Shown here piece by piece: positions 38,954 through 47,983 of a stretch of 64,000 nucleotides of DNA (position 1 is the stretch's first letter; each line of letters begins with the position of its first letter). Under the pieces are notes generated by a model that was not told the DNA's origin, did no database searches, and was given only the letters and a program-made list of their open reading frames with translations. The position numbers were made by a program, and so were the translations under genes. This stretch comes from a candidate division WOR-3 bacterium (GTDB lineage: Bacteria > Hydrothermota > Tepidihabitantia > SM23-42 > JAOAFX01), in assembly GCA_037443805.1 (NCBI GenBank), contig JBBINQ010000007.1, positions 12,977 through 76,976 on the forward strand, written 5' to 3'.

Positions 38954-39126
38954 TTCTCTATGTTGCTCACCCTTAATATTACTCCAATCATAATGATATT
39001 TTACTTTGTGTCAATATCACATTATGATGGTTATTGGTTATAGGGCGTGGTCATTTGCCTTCCCTTAAAAATATTGGTGGTTTAAATAGAAAATAAAAAG
39101 TTAAGAGGACTCCGAAATAGATACTC

Positions 39127-39154
39127 TTGACTCGCGAGGAGAAATATTTATAAT
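39127..39154 (+). promoter_or_regulatory. Sigma-70 type promoter TTGACT-16-TATAAT ending 5 nt before the queC ATG (leaderless)
   Basis: ttgact at 39127-39132, tataat at 39149-39154, ATG at 39160. Confidence 0.5.
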
Positions 39155-39159
39155 TTTAT

Positions 39160-39810
39160 ATGAAACCGACCAGTATTATTCTACTCTCAGGTGGTCTTGA
39201 CTCTACAGTGAGTGCAACAATTGCTGTGAAAAAGACCAAGTCACTTTTTGCCTTGACCATTGATTATGGCCAGCGTGCAGCAAAGATGGAAATTCTGGCA
39301 TCAAAAAAAATTTGTAAAATACTGAAGATAAAACATAAAATTTTGAAATTACAATTCTTTAAGGAATTTAAAAAATGTCAGTTAATTACCAATTACCAAT
39401 TACAAATTACTAAGCAAAAAATTCTGGTGAAGAATTTTTTGCGCTTAAAAGATATCTGGGTGCCCAATCGTAATGCCCTATTTATTAATGTGGCTGCCTG
39501 TTTTGCTGAATACTATAAAGCCGATTTGATTGTTACTGGATTCAATTTTGAAGAGGCAAGGGAATTTCCTGATAACCGAAAAGAATTTATTGATGCAATA
39601 AATAGAATGCTGGGGTTCAGCACGCTGAGAAAAATAAAGGTTATAAGCTATGTAGCAAATTATACAAAGAAAGAGATTTATCAACTCGGTTTAAAATACC
39701 GGGCACCACTTACGCATATCTATTCCTGTTATTTGGGTGGCAAAAAGATGTGTGGTAGATGTGCTTCTTGTTTGAAACTCAAATCTGTAGCACGAAAATT
39801 TTTCCAATAG
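39160..39810 (+). CDS. queC: 7-cyano-7-deazaguanine (preQ0) synthase
   Basis: LLSGGLDSTV PP-loop. TIDYGQR. C-terminal zinc motif CGRCASC. About 216 aa. Confidence 0.85.
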   Translation: MKPTSIILLSGGLDSTVSATIAVKKTKSLFALTIDYGQRAAKMEILASKKICKILKIKHKILKLQFFKEFKKCQLITNYQLQITKQKILVKNFLRLKDIWVPNRNALFINVAACFAEYYKADLIVTGFNFEEAREFPDNRKEFIDAINRMLGFSTLRKIKVISYVANYTKKEIYQLGLKYRAPLTHIYSCYLGGKKMCGRCASCLKLKSVARKFFQ

Positions 39811-39890
39811 TGTAATAAATCGGGAACCATATTCTTCATTGAGAGTTATTGCAATTATTGACAATAAAAATAATATATATATAATATGCT

Positions 39891-40310
39891 ATGGATGCGG
39901 CAGGGTTTAGAGAGATATACGAGACAATGCAAAAAAACATAGAAGAGATTAAAACTATCTCCAGCAAGATTAACCGCTATAGTTCTGAAGATAAAATCCG
40001 TCAAAGTGAAAAGATTAAATATCTCTTTTATGGTTTAACCAAAACCCTTGTTGATGTGGGAAACAAAATTATCGTGGAAAATGATTATCGCACACCATTA
40101 AATAATGCAGATGTGTTTATCAGCCTTGCTGAGCACGATATAATTGCATCCAGCCTTGTGCCGGGTATTAAAAAAGCAGTACTGGTAATACCCAGGGTTA
40201 TGCAGAGTAATGCCGATGAAGTTTTTACAATCATTAAAGAAAGCATGGAATCAATCTGTAAATGTCTTGACTCGTTTGTGGTGTATTACGACCTGAAAGG
40301 TAAAGGCTAA
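39891..40310 (+). CDS. Hypothetical protein
   Basis: 139 aa, helical. No convincing HepT/DUF86 Rx4HxY motif. Confidence 0.35.
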   Translation: MDAAGFREIYETMQKNIEEIKTISSKINRYSSEDKIRQSEKIKYLFYGLTKTLVDVGNKIIVENDYRTPLNNADVFISLAEHDIIASSLVPGIKKAVLVIPRVMQSNADEVFTIIKESMESICKCLDSFVVYYDLKGKG

Positions 40311-40314
40311 TACA

Positions 40315-41085
40315 TTGAAGATTTTTTATTCTGTTGCAGTCTTTATTTTTGGTGCAGCCATTGGCAGTTTTTTGAATGTTCTTATTTATCGCATCCCCCG
40401 CGAACTTTCCATTGTTAGACCCGGGTCTTTTTGCCCCCATTGCAAAAAACCTATCCATTGGTATGAAAATATCCCGTTAATCAGTTTTTTGTTTCTCGGT
40501 GGCAGGTGCAGTCAGTGTAAAAATCCTATATCTTTTCAGTATCCATTTGTAGAACTATTAACCGCACTACTCTTATTATGGTCATTCTACAAATTTTCTT
40601 TTAAGATTGATTTTTTCTTTTTGGCACTCTTTTTTATAATACTGGTAGTCATTTCAGGCATTGATTTTACGCACCAGGTTATCCCTGATATCTTTTCAAT
40701 CCCCGGTATATTTATTGGATTAATTTATCAGTTTCTGAACCATAATTTTTTATCAGGTTTGATTGGGATGTTATTTGGTGGAGGCCTTATCCTTTTGGTA
40801 AGGGTTTTGGGTGGCTGGGCATACAAGAAGGAGGTAATGGGAATGGGTGATGTCTATCTCGTTGGCCTGATTGGTGCATTTACAGGATTCCCTTTGATAA
40901 TTTCCGCAATATTTATTGCCGCCCTTATCGGCTCAATCTTTGGAATTATTTATCTAGGTATAACCCATAAAAATAAAGATAATCCTATACCATTCGGACC
41001 TTTTTTGAGCATTGGTGGAGCAATTGTTATCATACTACAAAAACAGATTATTGGATTTTTAAGAATTTTAGGTATCTATTTTTGA
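40315..41085 (+). CDS. Prepilin peptidase (type IV leader peptidase, A24 family)
   Basis: N-terminal zinc-finger CPHC...CSQC. Polytopic. Conserved Asp contexts (GMGDVYLVGLIGAF). Confidence 0.8.
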   Translation: MKIFYSVAVFIFGAAIGSFLNVLIYRIPRELSIVRPGSFCPHCKKPIHWYENIPLISFLFLGGRCSQCKNPISFQYPFVELLTALLLLWSFYKFSFKIDFFFLALFFIILVVISGIDFTHQVIPDIFSIPGIFIGLIYQFLNHNFLSGLIGMLFGGGLILLVRVLGGWAYKKEVMGMGDVYLVGLIGAFTGFPLIISAIFIAALIGSIFGIIYLGITHKNKDNPIPFGPFLSIGGAIVIILQKQIIGFLRILGIYF

Positions 41086-42788
41086 TTACATTTTCTTTGC
41101 TTTAGAAGTTTTTCTACAGAAAGGGTATTTACTACATCATCCTTTTCCAGCCAGCCCCGCCGGCAGGTAGCAACACCAAATTTCATCCATTTTAATTCAT
41201 CAATACCATGGGCATCTGTGCCAATACTGACTTTGATACCGAGTTCCTTACAGCGTTTTAAATTTACATCGTTCAGGTCAAGACGGTCAGGATAGGCATT
41301 ACATTCAAGAAAAGTTTTTGTTTCGGCTGCCTTTTTCATAACCTTTTCAATATCAAGGACATAGCCTTCGCGTTTTGATATCAACCTGCCCGTAGGATGA
41401 CCGATTATATCAACATAAGGGTTTTCCATAGCAGAGCAGAGCCTTTCTGTAACATTTTTTGAAAATCCCTGGTGAATGGAAGCCACAACCATATCAAACA
41501 TCTTCAAAATTTTATCCGGATAATCGAGCCTTCCATCAGCAAGAATGTCCACCTCAATACCTTTAAGGATCTTAAAATTTTTAAATTTTTTGTTTAAATT
41601 ATCAATCTCTTCCCATTGTTTATAAATGCGTTCCACTTCCATACCGTGGGCATATTTTGCCGAGCGTGAATGGTCAGTCACAAGGATATATTCATAACCC
41701 AGTTCCTGTGCAATTGTGGCAAGTTCTTCAATTGTTGCGGTAGAATCTGAATAATTGGAGTGCATTTGTAGGTCACCTTTTATATCAGATAATTCTAAAA
41801 GAACGGGCAAGCTATTTTTCAATGCAGATTCAACTTCGCCACGGTCTTCTCTTAATTCTGGAGGTATCCATTGGAGCCCCAGTGCTTTGTATATATCTTC
41901 TTCATTCTCTCCGGCAATGGCTTTATCTCCTTTAAATAATCCATATTCATTCAATTTCCATTTTTTACTTACGGCAATACCCCGCAATTTAACATTGTGT
42001 GCCTTTGAACCAGTGAAATACTGTAATGCTGCACCATAGGACTTTCTATCCACAATCCTGATATCCACTTGCACACCACCCTCTACGATAATTGAACTTT
42101 TTGTCTCTCCTGCAGATAATACCTGTTCTGCTTTTGGATATTGAGTAAAAGTTTCTACTATCTTTTTGTGGTCTTTGCCAGTCACCAGTATATCAATATC
42201 GCCAATAGTTTCCTTCCATCTGCGCAATGAACCGGCTGGCGAAATCTTTGAAACAGGGGCATTTTTTTTGAGGTATTCAACCACGCTTGAGGCGATGCTT
42301 TCTGCGACCGCAATTGATAATCGCTCATGGCTCCGTTCATATAATTCAATACCCTTTTTTATGTTTTCCACTTTTTTTTCTCCCATCTGCGGTAGTTTAG
42401 CAAGACTGCCATCTTCAATTACTTTTTTTAAATCTGCTAAATTCTTGACACCGAGATGTTTATTTGCCAGGGCAAGGGTCTTGGGTCCGAGATTCTGGAT
42501 ATTGAGCAATTCAAGGAGCGCAGGGGGAATATCTTTTGTTGCTTCAAGATATTTTTGCATTTTGCCGGTCTTTAGATATTCTTCAATCTTTTTTGCCATA
42601 CCTTCACCAATGCCGGCAAGGTTTTTTAATCTGTTGGTTTTTAAAAGTTCTTCAATATCTTCAGTCAGCTCATCAATGATTCTTGCTGCCTTGCGATATG
42701 CTACAACTCGGAATACATTTTCTCCTTTATATTCAAGGGCGTCGGCAATCTGATTAAAGATACTGGCAATCTCTTTATTTTTTTTCAT
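41076..42788 (-). CDS. polX: DNA polymerase X family protein with C-terminal PHP phosphoesterase domain
   Basis: IASIFNQIADALEYKGENVFRVVAYRKAARII Pol-beta-like N-terminus. HhH motifs. C-terminal PHP (HSNYSD...HGMEVE...GTDAHG). Confidence 0.85.
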   Translation of the reverse strand: MKKNKEIASIFNQIADALEYKGENVFRVVAYRKAARIIDELTEDIEELLKTNRLKNLAGIGEGMAKKIEEYLKTGKMQKYLEATKDIPPALLELLNIQNLGPKTLALANKHLGVKNLADLKKVIEDGSLAKLPQMGEKKVENIKKGIELYERSHERLSIAVAESIASSVVEYLKKNAPVSKISPAGSLRRWKETIGDIDILVTGKDHKKIVETFTQYPKAEQVLSAGETKSSIIVEGGVQVDIRIVDRKSYGAALQYFTGSKAHNVKLRGIAVSKKWKLNEYGLFKGDKAIAGENEEDIYKALGLQWIPPELREDRGEVESALKNSLPVLLELSDIKGDLQMHSNYSDSTATIEELATIAQELGYEYILVTDHSRSAKYAHGMEVERIYKQWEEIDNLNKKFKNFKILKGIEVDILADGRLDYPDKILKMFDMVVASIHQGFSKNVTERLCSAMENPYVDIIGHPTGRLISKREGYVLDIEKVMKKAAETKTFLECNAYPDRLDLNDVNLKRCKELGIKVSIGTDAHGIDELKWMKFGVATCRRGWLEKDDVVNTLSVEKLLKQRKCNQK

Positions 42789-42861
42789 TAGTTAAATTAT
42801 ATTTACGCAGGTGTGGTTGTCAAGATAAGGGATTTTTATCGGGCGACAAAATTTGTTACAC

Positions 42862-42889
42862 TTGCAAAAAATTAAAAAATTGTTATAAT
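42862..42889 (+). promoter_or_regulatory. Sigma-70 type promoter TTGCAA-16-TATAAT ending 7 nt before the Sir2 ATG (leaderless)
   Basis: ttgcaa at 42862-42867, tataat at 42884-42889, ATG at 42897. Confidence 0.45.
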
Positions 42890-42896
42890 TCTGAAA

Positions 42897-43619
42897 ATGA
42901 TAGAAAAGGCAGTTGAGATTTTAAAAGATACTGAAAGATTGTTTGCTCTTACTGGTGCTGGCATTTCAGCAGAAAGCGGCATTCCTACTTTTCGTGGTAA
43001 GGATGGTCTGTGGAAAAATTATTCAGCCACTGACCTTGCTACACCTGAGGCATTTATTAGAGATCCAGAACTGGTATGGGAATGGTATCGCTGGCGACAG
43101 GGAATAATTCTCAAAGCAAATCCCAATCCTGCGCACTATGCCCTGGTAGATTTAGAAAATCATTTTATTGAATTTTTTCTCTTGACTCAGAATGTTGACA
43201 ATCTTCATCAACGTGCTGGCTCAAGGAATGTTTATGAATTGCATGGCAATATTTTTTTTACACGATGTTCTCAGTGCAATAAAATTGATAACATTGAAAA
43301 TGCAAAGTTTGACCCCCTGCCCCATTGTGAATGCGGAGGTCTGTTAAGACCTAATGTTGTCTGGTTCGGTGAATCCATTCCCCAGGATATCTGGCAGGAA
43401 TCAATAAAATTCTTAAGTTCGGCTGATTGCGCAATAATCTGCGGGACATCAGGCGTGGTCTGGCCCGCGGCAGCAATACCAGAGATTGCCAAAGATTATG
43501 GAGTAAAGACCATAGAAATAAATTTAGAGGCAACGCCCATAACACCGGTTGTTGATGTCAGCATATTATCGCCAGCAGGCAAAATTTTGCCAGAGATTGT
43601 AAAAAGACTAAAAAAATAA
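42897..43619 (+). CDS. cobB: NAD-dependent protein deacylase (Sir2 family)
   Basis: GAGISAESGIPTFRG. QNVDNLH. Zn ribbon CSQC...CECGG. Confidence 0.85.
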   Translation: MIEKAVEILKDTERLFALTGAGISAESGIPTFRGKDGLWKNYSATDLATPEAFIRDPELVWEWYRWRQGIILKANPNPAHYALVDLENHFIEFFLLTQNVDNLHQRAGSRNVYELHGNIFFTRCSQCNKIDNIENAKFDPLPHCECGGLLRPNVVWFGESIPQDIWQESIKFLSSADCAIICGTSGVVWPAAAIPEIAKDYGVKTIEINLEATPITPVVDVSILSPAGKILPEIVKRLKK

Positions 43620-43635
43620 ATTAAAAAACGGCTAC

Positions 43636-43663
43636 TTGACTTTTCATAGAATTTCAGTATAAT
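43636..43663 (+). promoter_or_regulatory. Sigma-70 type promoter TTGACT-16-TATAAT ending 8 nt before the rplM ATG
   Basis: ttgact at 43636-43641, tataat at 43658-43663, ATG at 43672. Confidence 0.45.
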
Positions 43664-43671
43664 TATAGTCT

Positions 43672-44100
43672 ATGAAAACAAAGGTTTTAAAGAAATCTGA
43701 AATAAAACATAATTGGTATGTGATTGATGCGCAGAATAAGATTCTGGGTAGAATGGCAACAAGAATTGCCAGAATCTTAATGGGTAAAGGCAAACCACAA
43801 TATTCACCCAATGTGGATTGTGGGGATTATGTGGTTGTCTTGAATGCTGATAAATTTAAGGTTACTGGTAATAAAATGGAAGATAAAATCTATTATCGGC
43901 ATTCTTTTTATCCAGGTGGCTTAAAAGCAATAAATTTGAAACTTATGCTGGAAAAAAATCCAAAGAGGGTAATATATCACGCAGTGAGTGGTATGTTGCC
44001 TAAAAATAAGTTTCGTGCGCGCAGGCTAAGAAGATTAAAACTTTATCTGGGTACTGACCACCCACATAAAGCACAATCACCCAAAGAAATACAGTTATAG
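43672..44100 (+). CDS. rplM: 50S ribosomal protein L13
   Basis: KHNWYVIDAQNKILGRMATRIARILMGK start typical of L13. Confidence 0.9.
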   Translation: MKTKVLKKSEIKHNWYVIDAQNKILGRMATRIARILMGKGKPQYSPNVDCGDYVVVLNADKFKVTGNKMEDKIYYRHSFYPGGLKAINLKLMLEKNPKRVIYHAVSGMLPKNKFRARRLRRLKLYLGTDHPHKAQSPKEIQL

Positions 44101-44107
44101 AGGAGGT

Positions 44108-44497
44108 TTGTTAATGGGAGCAATTATCAGTGGTTCACGAAAAAGGGCAGTTGCAAAGGTAAGAGTGCAACCAGGTAAGGGGAGTATAAAGATAAATGGC
44201 AAAGACCCTCTCCAGTATTTCTGCAGACAGGACCTTGTTGATTTGATTAATCTTCCCCTTATTACTGCTGGTGTTAAGGGTACATTTGATATTAATGCAC
44301 GGGTCTCGGGTGGTGGTATTGCAGGTCAGGCAGGAGCAGTGAGCCTGGGTATTGCCCGGGCACTGGTCAATTTCAATCCAGAATTGCGACCTACACTAAA
44401 GAGTGCTGGATTATTAAAGAGAGACCCCAGAGAAAAAGAGCGGATGAAATATGGACTGGCAAAAAGGCGTAAGAGATTCCAGTTCTCCAAGCGATAA
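44108..44497 (+). CDS. rpsI: 30S ribosomal protein S9
   Basis: GSRKRAVAKVRV...C-terminal KRRKRFQFSKR. Confidence 0.9.
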   Translation: MLMGAIISGSRKRAVAKVRVQPGKGSIKINGKDPLQYFCRQDLVDLINLPLITAGVKGTFDINARVSGGGIAGQAGAVSLGIARALVNFNPELRPTLKSAGLLKRDPREKERMKYGLAKRRKRFQFSKR

Positions 44498-44517
44498 GAG
44501 AGCAATAAGGAGGTAAA

Positions 44518-45225
44518 TTGGAGATTGTTTCGCTACAGGATTTGATTAATACGGGTATCCATTTTGGACATAGAACAAAGCGCTGGAACCCAAAGATGCG
44601 TAAATATATATTCGGTAAGAAGAACGGCGTTCATATTATTGATTTACGGCAGACCCAGGAGGCATTAAGAAAGGCTTATGATGCGACAGTGCGGATTGCA
44701 GAGCAGGGAAAAGGAATTCTTTATGTTGGCACAAAGAAGCAGGCACGCGATGTGATTAAGGAAGAGGCTTTAAGAGCGGGCGCATTCTATATTACTGAGC
44801 GCTGGCTTGGTGGTCTGTTAACCAATTTTAATATCCTCTATACACGGGTTCAACGACTTAGAGAACTTGAGCAGATGAAAGAAGACGGGCGCTGGTCAAT
44901 GTTGCCCAAAAAAGAATTATCAAAATATGAAAGGGAGTATACGAGATTATCAAAGTATTTTGAAGGCATAAAGGATATGGATAGGCTGCCTGGTTTGGTA
45001 TATATTGTGGATATTATAAAAGATGAAACCACAGTAAATGAGGCAAAAAAGATGAATATTCCCATCATTGCCATTGTTGATACAAATGTTGACCCGACAG
45101 GTATAAACTATCCAATTCCGGGTAACGATGATTCAATAAGAGCTATTTCCCTTGTAACAAAGATTATTTCTAATGCCGTAATTGAAGGTAGAAAAGGTTT
45201 TGAGACCGAAGAAAAGGAGACATAA
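44518..45225 (+). CDS. rpsB: 30S ribosomal protein S2
   Basis: LINTGIHFGHRTKRWNPKM. TTG start after SD aaggagg. Confidence 0.9.
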   Translation: MEIVSLQDLINTGIHFGHRTKRWNPKMRKYIFGKKNGVHIIDLRQTQEALRKAYDATVRIAEQGKGILYVGTKKQARDVIKEEALRAGAFYITERWLGGLLTNFNILYTRVQRLRELEQMKEDGRWSMLPKKELSKYEREYTRLSKYFEGIKDMDRLPGLVYIVDIIKDETTVNEAKKMNIPIIAIVDTNVDPTGINYPIPGNDDSIRAISLVTKIISNAVIEGRKGFETEEKET

Positions 45226-45226
45226 A

Positions 45227-45814
45227 ATGGATATGGAAAAGATTAGAGAATTAAGAGAAAGAACCGGCGCTGGCATTGTTGATTGTAAAGATGCCCTTGC
45301 CCAGTCAAAAGGTGACATTGAACAGGCCGTAGATATATTAAGAAAAAAGGGACTTGCCCTTGCGGCTAAGAAAGTTGGCAGGGTAACAAAAGAGGGTATT
45401 ATTGATGCTTATATCCATCCCGGTGACCGGCTCGGAGTGCTTGTTGAAGTGAATTGTGAGACTGATTTTGTCGCACGTAACCAGGATTTTCGCAGATTTG
45501 TCAGGGATATTGCATTACAGATTGCTGCCAGTGAACCCCTTGTGGTGAGCAGGGAAGAATTGTCTCCTGATATTATTACACGGGAGAAAGATATTTATCG
45601 TAGCCAGATACAGGATGTCAAAAAACCACCTGAAATAATTGAGAAGATTATTGAAGGTAAGATGGAAAAATTTTATAACTCTGTCTGTTTGTTAGAACAA
45701 CCATTTGTAAAAATACCAGAGAAAACTGTAGGCGATTATCTGAAAGAGCAGATTGCAAAATTTGGCGAAAATATTGTGATTAGAAGATTTATCCGTTTTC
45801 GCCTCGGTGAGTAG
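45227..45814 (+). CDS. tsf: Elongation factor Ts
   Basis: IRELRERTGAGIVDCKDAL. Start set at ATG 45227 with SD aaggaga, 1 nt after the rpsB stop. Confidence 0.9.
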   Translation: MDMEKIRELRERTGAGIVDCKDALAQSKGDIEQAVDILRKKGLALAAKKVGRVTKEGIIDAYIHPGDRLGVLVEVNCETDFVARNQDFRRFVRDIALQIAASEPLVVSREELSPDIITREKDIYRSQIQDVKKPPEIIEKIIEGKMEKFYNSVCLLEQPFVKIPEKTVGDYLKEQIAKFGENIVIRRFIRFRLGE

Positions 45815-46514
45815 TATTAAGATAAAATACAAGAAAATTCTTTTAAAAATTTCCGGTGAAATACTTGGTAATAACGATGAAGTTCTAAATTATAGGGTAC
45901 TACAATATCTTAGTGACCAGATTATTTCAGTCCATAAACTTGGTGTTAAAATTGCAATAGTTATTGGCGGCGGAAATATAATCAGGGGTCAGTCCCAATC
46001 CTGGTTAGACCCGGTTGATGCAGATTTTTGCGGTATGGTTGCCACAGTGATCAATGGTATGGCACTCTATTCTAATCTGAAGAAAAAGATAAATAGGGTC
46101 TGTTTGAGGAGCAGTTTTGGAATTTCTGGTCTGATTGAGCCATTTAATAAATTTGAATGCGAGGACATTTACAATAAAGGCGATATTATCATACTGACTG
46201 GAGGAACAGGTAACCCATTATTTACTACAGATACAGCAGCTGCCTTAAGGGCAGTTGAACTGTCTGCTCAACTGCTTATAAAAGGCACCAAGGTTGAAGG
46301 TGTTTATTCGGCTGACCCCAGGAAAGATAGAACCGCAAAACTTTATCGTGATGTAGATTATCAAACGGCAATAGATAAAAATTTGAAAGTAATGGATATA
46401 ACTGCATTCAGAATCTGTCAGCAAGCAAAGATTCCTATTTGCGTCTACAATTTGATGAAGTATCCATTGAAAAAAATCATAGCTGGTGAAAAAATTGGAA
46501 CAATTGTTCACTAA
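45807..46514 (+). CDS. pyrH: UMP kinase
   Basis: KILLKISGE. VIGGGNI. GTG start overlapping the tsf end. Confidence 0.9.
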   Translation: MSSIKIKYKKILLKISGEILGNNDEVLNYRVLQYLSDQIISVHKLGVKIAIVIGGGNIIRGQSQSWLDPVDADFCGMVATVINGMALYSNLKKKINRVCLRSSFGISGLIEPFNKFECEDIYNKGDIIILTGGTGNPLFTTDTAAALRAVELSAQLLIKGTKVEGVYSADPRKDRTAKLYRDVDYQTAIDKNLKVMDITAFRICQQAKIPICVYNLMKYPLKKIIAGEKIGTIVH

Positions 46515-46535
46515 ATATTTTATGGAGGAGAGATT

Positions 46536-47093
46536 ATGATACAAAAAATTAAGGATGATGCAAGACAAAAGATGGATAAATCAATAAATCTTTTGAGCCA
46601 GGAATTTGCAAAGATCCGCACGGGCAGAGCAACGCCTGCGCTCCTGGATGGTGTAAAGGTTGAATATTATGATAGCCTTTTACCATTAAATCAAATGGCA
46701 AGCATTAGCATTCCTGAACCACGGTTGATTGTAATACAACCCTGGGATAAACAGGCACTTGGTGCAATTGAAAAGGCTATATATAAGGCTGACCTGGGCC
46801 TTACCCCAAATAATGATGGCAATGTCATAAGGCTTTCCCTTCCGCCATTAACCAGTGAACGCAGGGAAGAACTTGTAAAATTAGCTCAAAAACTGGCTGA
46901 AGAATCAAGGATTGCCATAAGGAACATTAGAAGGGATGCAAATAATGAATTGAAAAAGATTGAAAAAGATAAAAAAATATCAAAGGACGATTCTTTTAAG
47001 GCACAGGAAGAGATTCAGAAGATGACCGATGAATACATAAAAAAAGTTGATGAGATTTTAAAGAAAAAAGAAAAAGAGATCAGGGAAGTATAA
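46536..47093 (+). CDS. frr: Ribosome recycling factor
   Basis: 185 aa. FAKIRTGRATPALLDGVKVEYY. Confidence 0.9.
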   Translation: MIQKIKDDARQKMDKSINLLSQEFAKIRTGRATPALLDGVKVEYYDSLLPLNQMASISIPEPRLIVIQPWDKQALGAIEKAIYKADLGLTPNNDGNVIRLSLPPLTSERREELVKLAQKLAEESRIAIRNIRRDANNELKKIEKDKKISKDDSFKAQEEIQKMTDEYIKKVDEILKKKEKEIREV

Positions 47094-47188
47094 ATCTTTT
47101 ACTACCAATAAAACCATCTCAAACTTTTTGGTATTTAACAGATAAACTCTTCTAATATAGTATTGTCTAAAAAGTATCAGGGGGTTAT

Positions 47189-47494
47189 ATGGCAAAATTT
47201 TTTGATGATTTTTCACGCTGGCTTGAGGATGCATCCAGGGTATTGAGCAAAGAAGCAGGTGATTTAACGATGAAGGGCAGACTGAAGATTGAGATATTTG
47301 AATTAAAGAGGCAATTGGAAATGATGTTCAATGAACTTGGTAAGAATTTTTATGAATTTTTCCCTTTAAAAGGCAATGAAGATTTTAAGAATAATCAGAA
47401 GATTAAGCATATTGTCCAAAAGATAAAAAAACTTAAAAATCAAATAAAAAACAAAGAGCAACAATACAAAACAATCGGACAAAAGCATAAATAA
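47189..47494 (+). CDS. Hypothetical small coiled-coil protein
   Basis: 101 aa, K/E/Q-rich heptad-like sequence. Directly upstream of hsp20. Confidence 0.35.
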   Translation: MAKFFDDFSRWLEDASRVLSKEAGDLTMKGRLKIEIFELKRQLEMMFNELGKNFYEFFPLKGNEDFKNNQKIKHIVQKIKKLKNQIKNKEQQYKTIGQKHK

Positions 47495-47508
47495 TAAGGA
47501 GGTGTGCT

Positions 47509-47958
47509 ATGGCAGATAGACCAATAAAAAGATATGACCCTTTCAGAGAACTTATCTCATTACGCGATGATATGGACCGACTCTTTAACACATTTTTTGG
47601 AAGGCATCTGACTGAAGAATCCGAAGGTGTCTGGTTACCAGTTCTTGATATTGAAGAGGATAATGAAAATTTTATGGTGAAGGCAGAATTGCCCGGTTTG
47701 AAAAAAGAGGATGTAAAGATCTCGGTTCGTGGTAATCTTCTAACAATTGCCGGTGAAAGGAAACAGGAAGAAGAGGTAAAAGGCAAGACTTATCATCGGG
47801 TTGAAAGACAATATGGAAAATTTTCCCGAACAATCTCGCTGCCCAGTGAAGTGGATGTGAATAAGATAAAGGCAGTTTATAAAGATGGTGTTTTACATAT
47901 AACTTTACCTAAACCTGAGACATTTAAGTCAAAAGAAGTAGAGGTTGAGGTAAAATAA
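47509..47958 (+). CDS. Small heat-shock protein (Hsp20/alpha-crystallin family)
   Basis: Alpha-crystallin domain (AELPGLKKEDVKISV...GVLHITLPK). SD aaggagg. Confidence 0.85.
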   Translation: MADRPIKRYDPFRELISLRDDMDRLFNTFFGRHLTEESEGVWLPVLDIEEDNENFMVKAELPGLKKEDVKISVRGNLLTIAGERKQEEEVKGKTYHRVERQYGKFSRTISLPSEVDVNKIKAVYKDGVLHITLPKPETFKSKEVEVEVK

Positions 47959-47983
47959 AAGAATAAAATGGGAGTGTGAAATA

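Noticed and set aside
39060-39160. PreQ1 riboswitch upstream of queC or queD
   Set aside because: The queC promoter -10 box ends 5 nt before the ATG, which leaves no 5'-UTR for an aptamer. The queD upstream region has a normal SD and no preQ1-I-like hairpin with an A-rich tail.
36143-39810. 7-deazaguanine DNA-modification (Dpd-like) system next to the R-M cassette
   Set aside because: No tRNA-guanine transglycosylase/DpdA paralog, no DpdB/ParB-like ATPase and no helicase genes. Only queD, queC and a QueG-like gene are present. This fits ordinary queuosine biosynthesis scattered around an unrelated gene.
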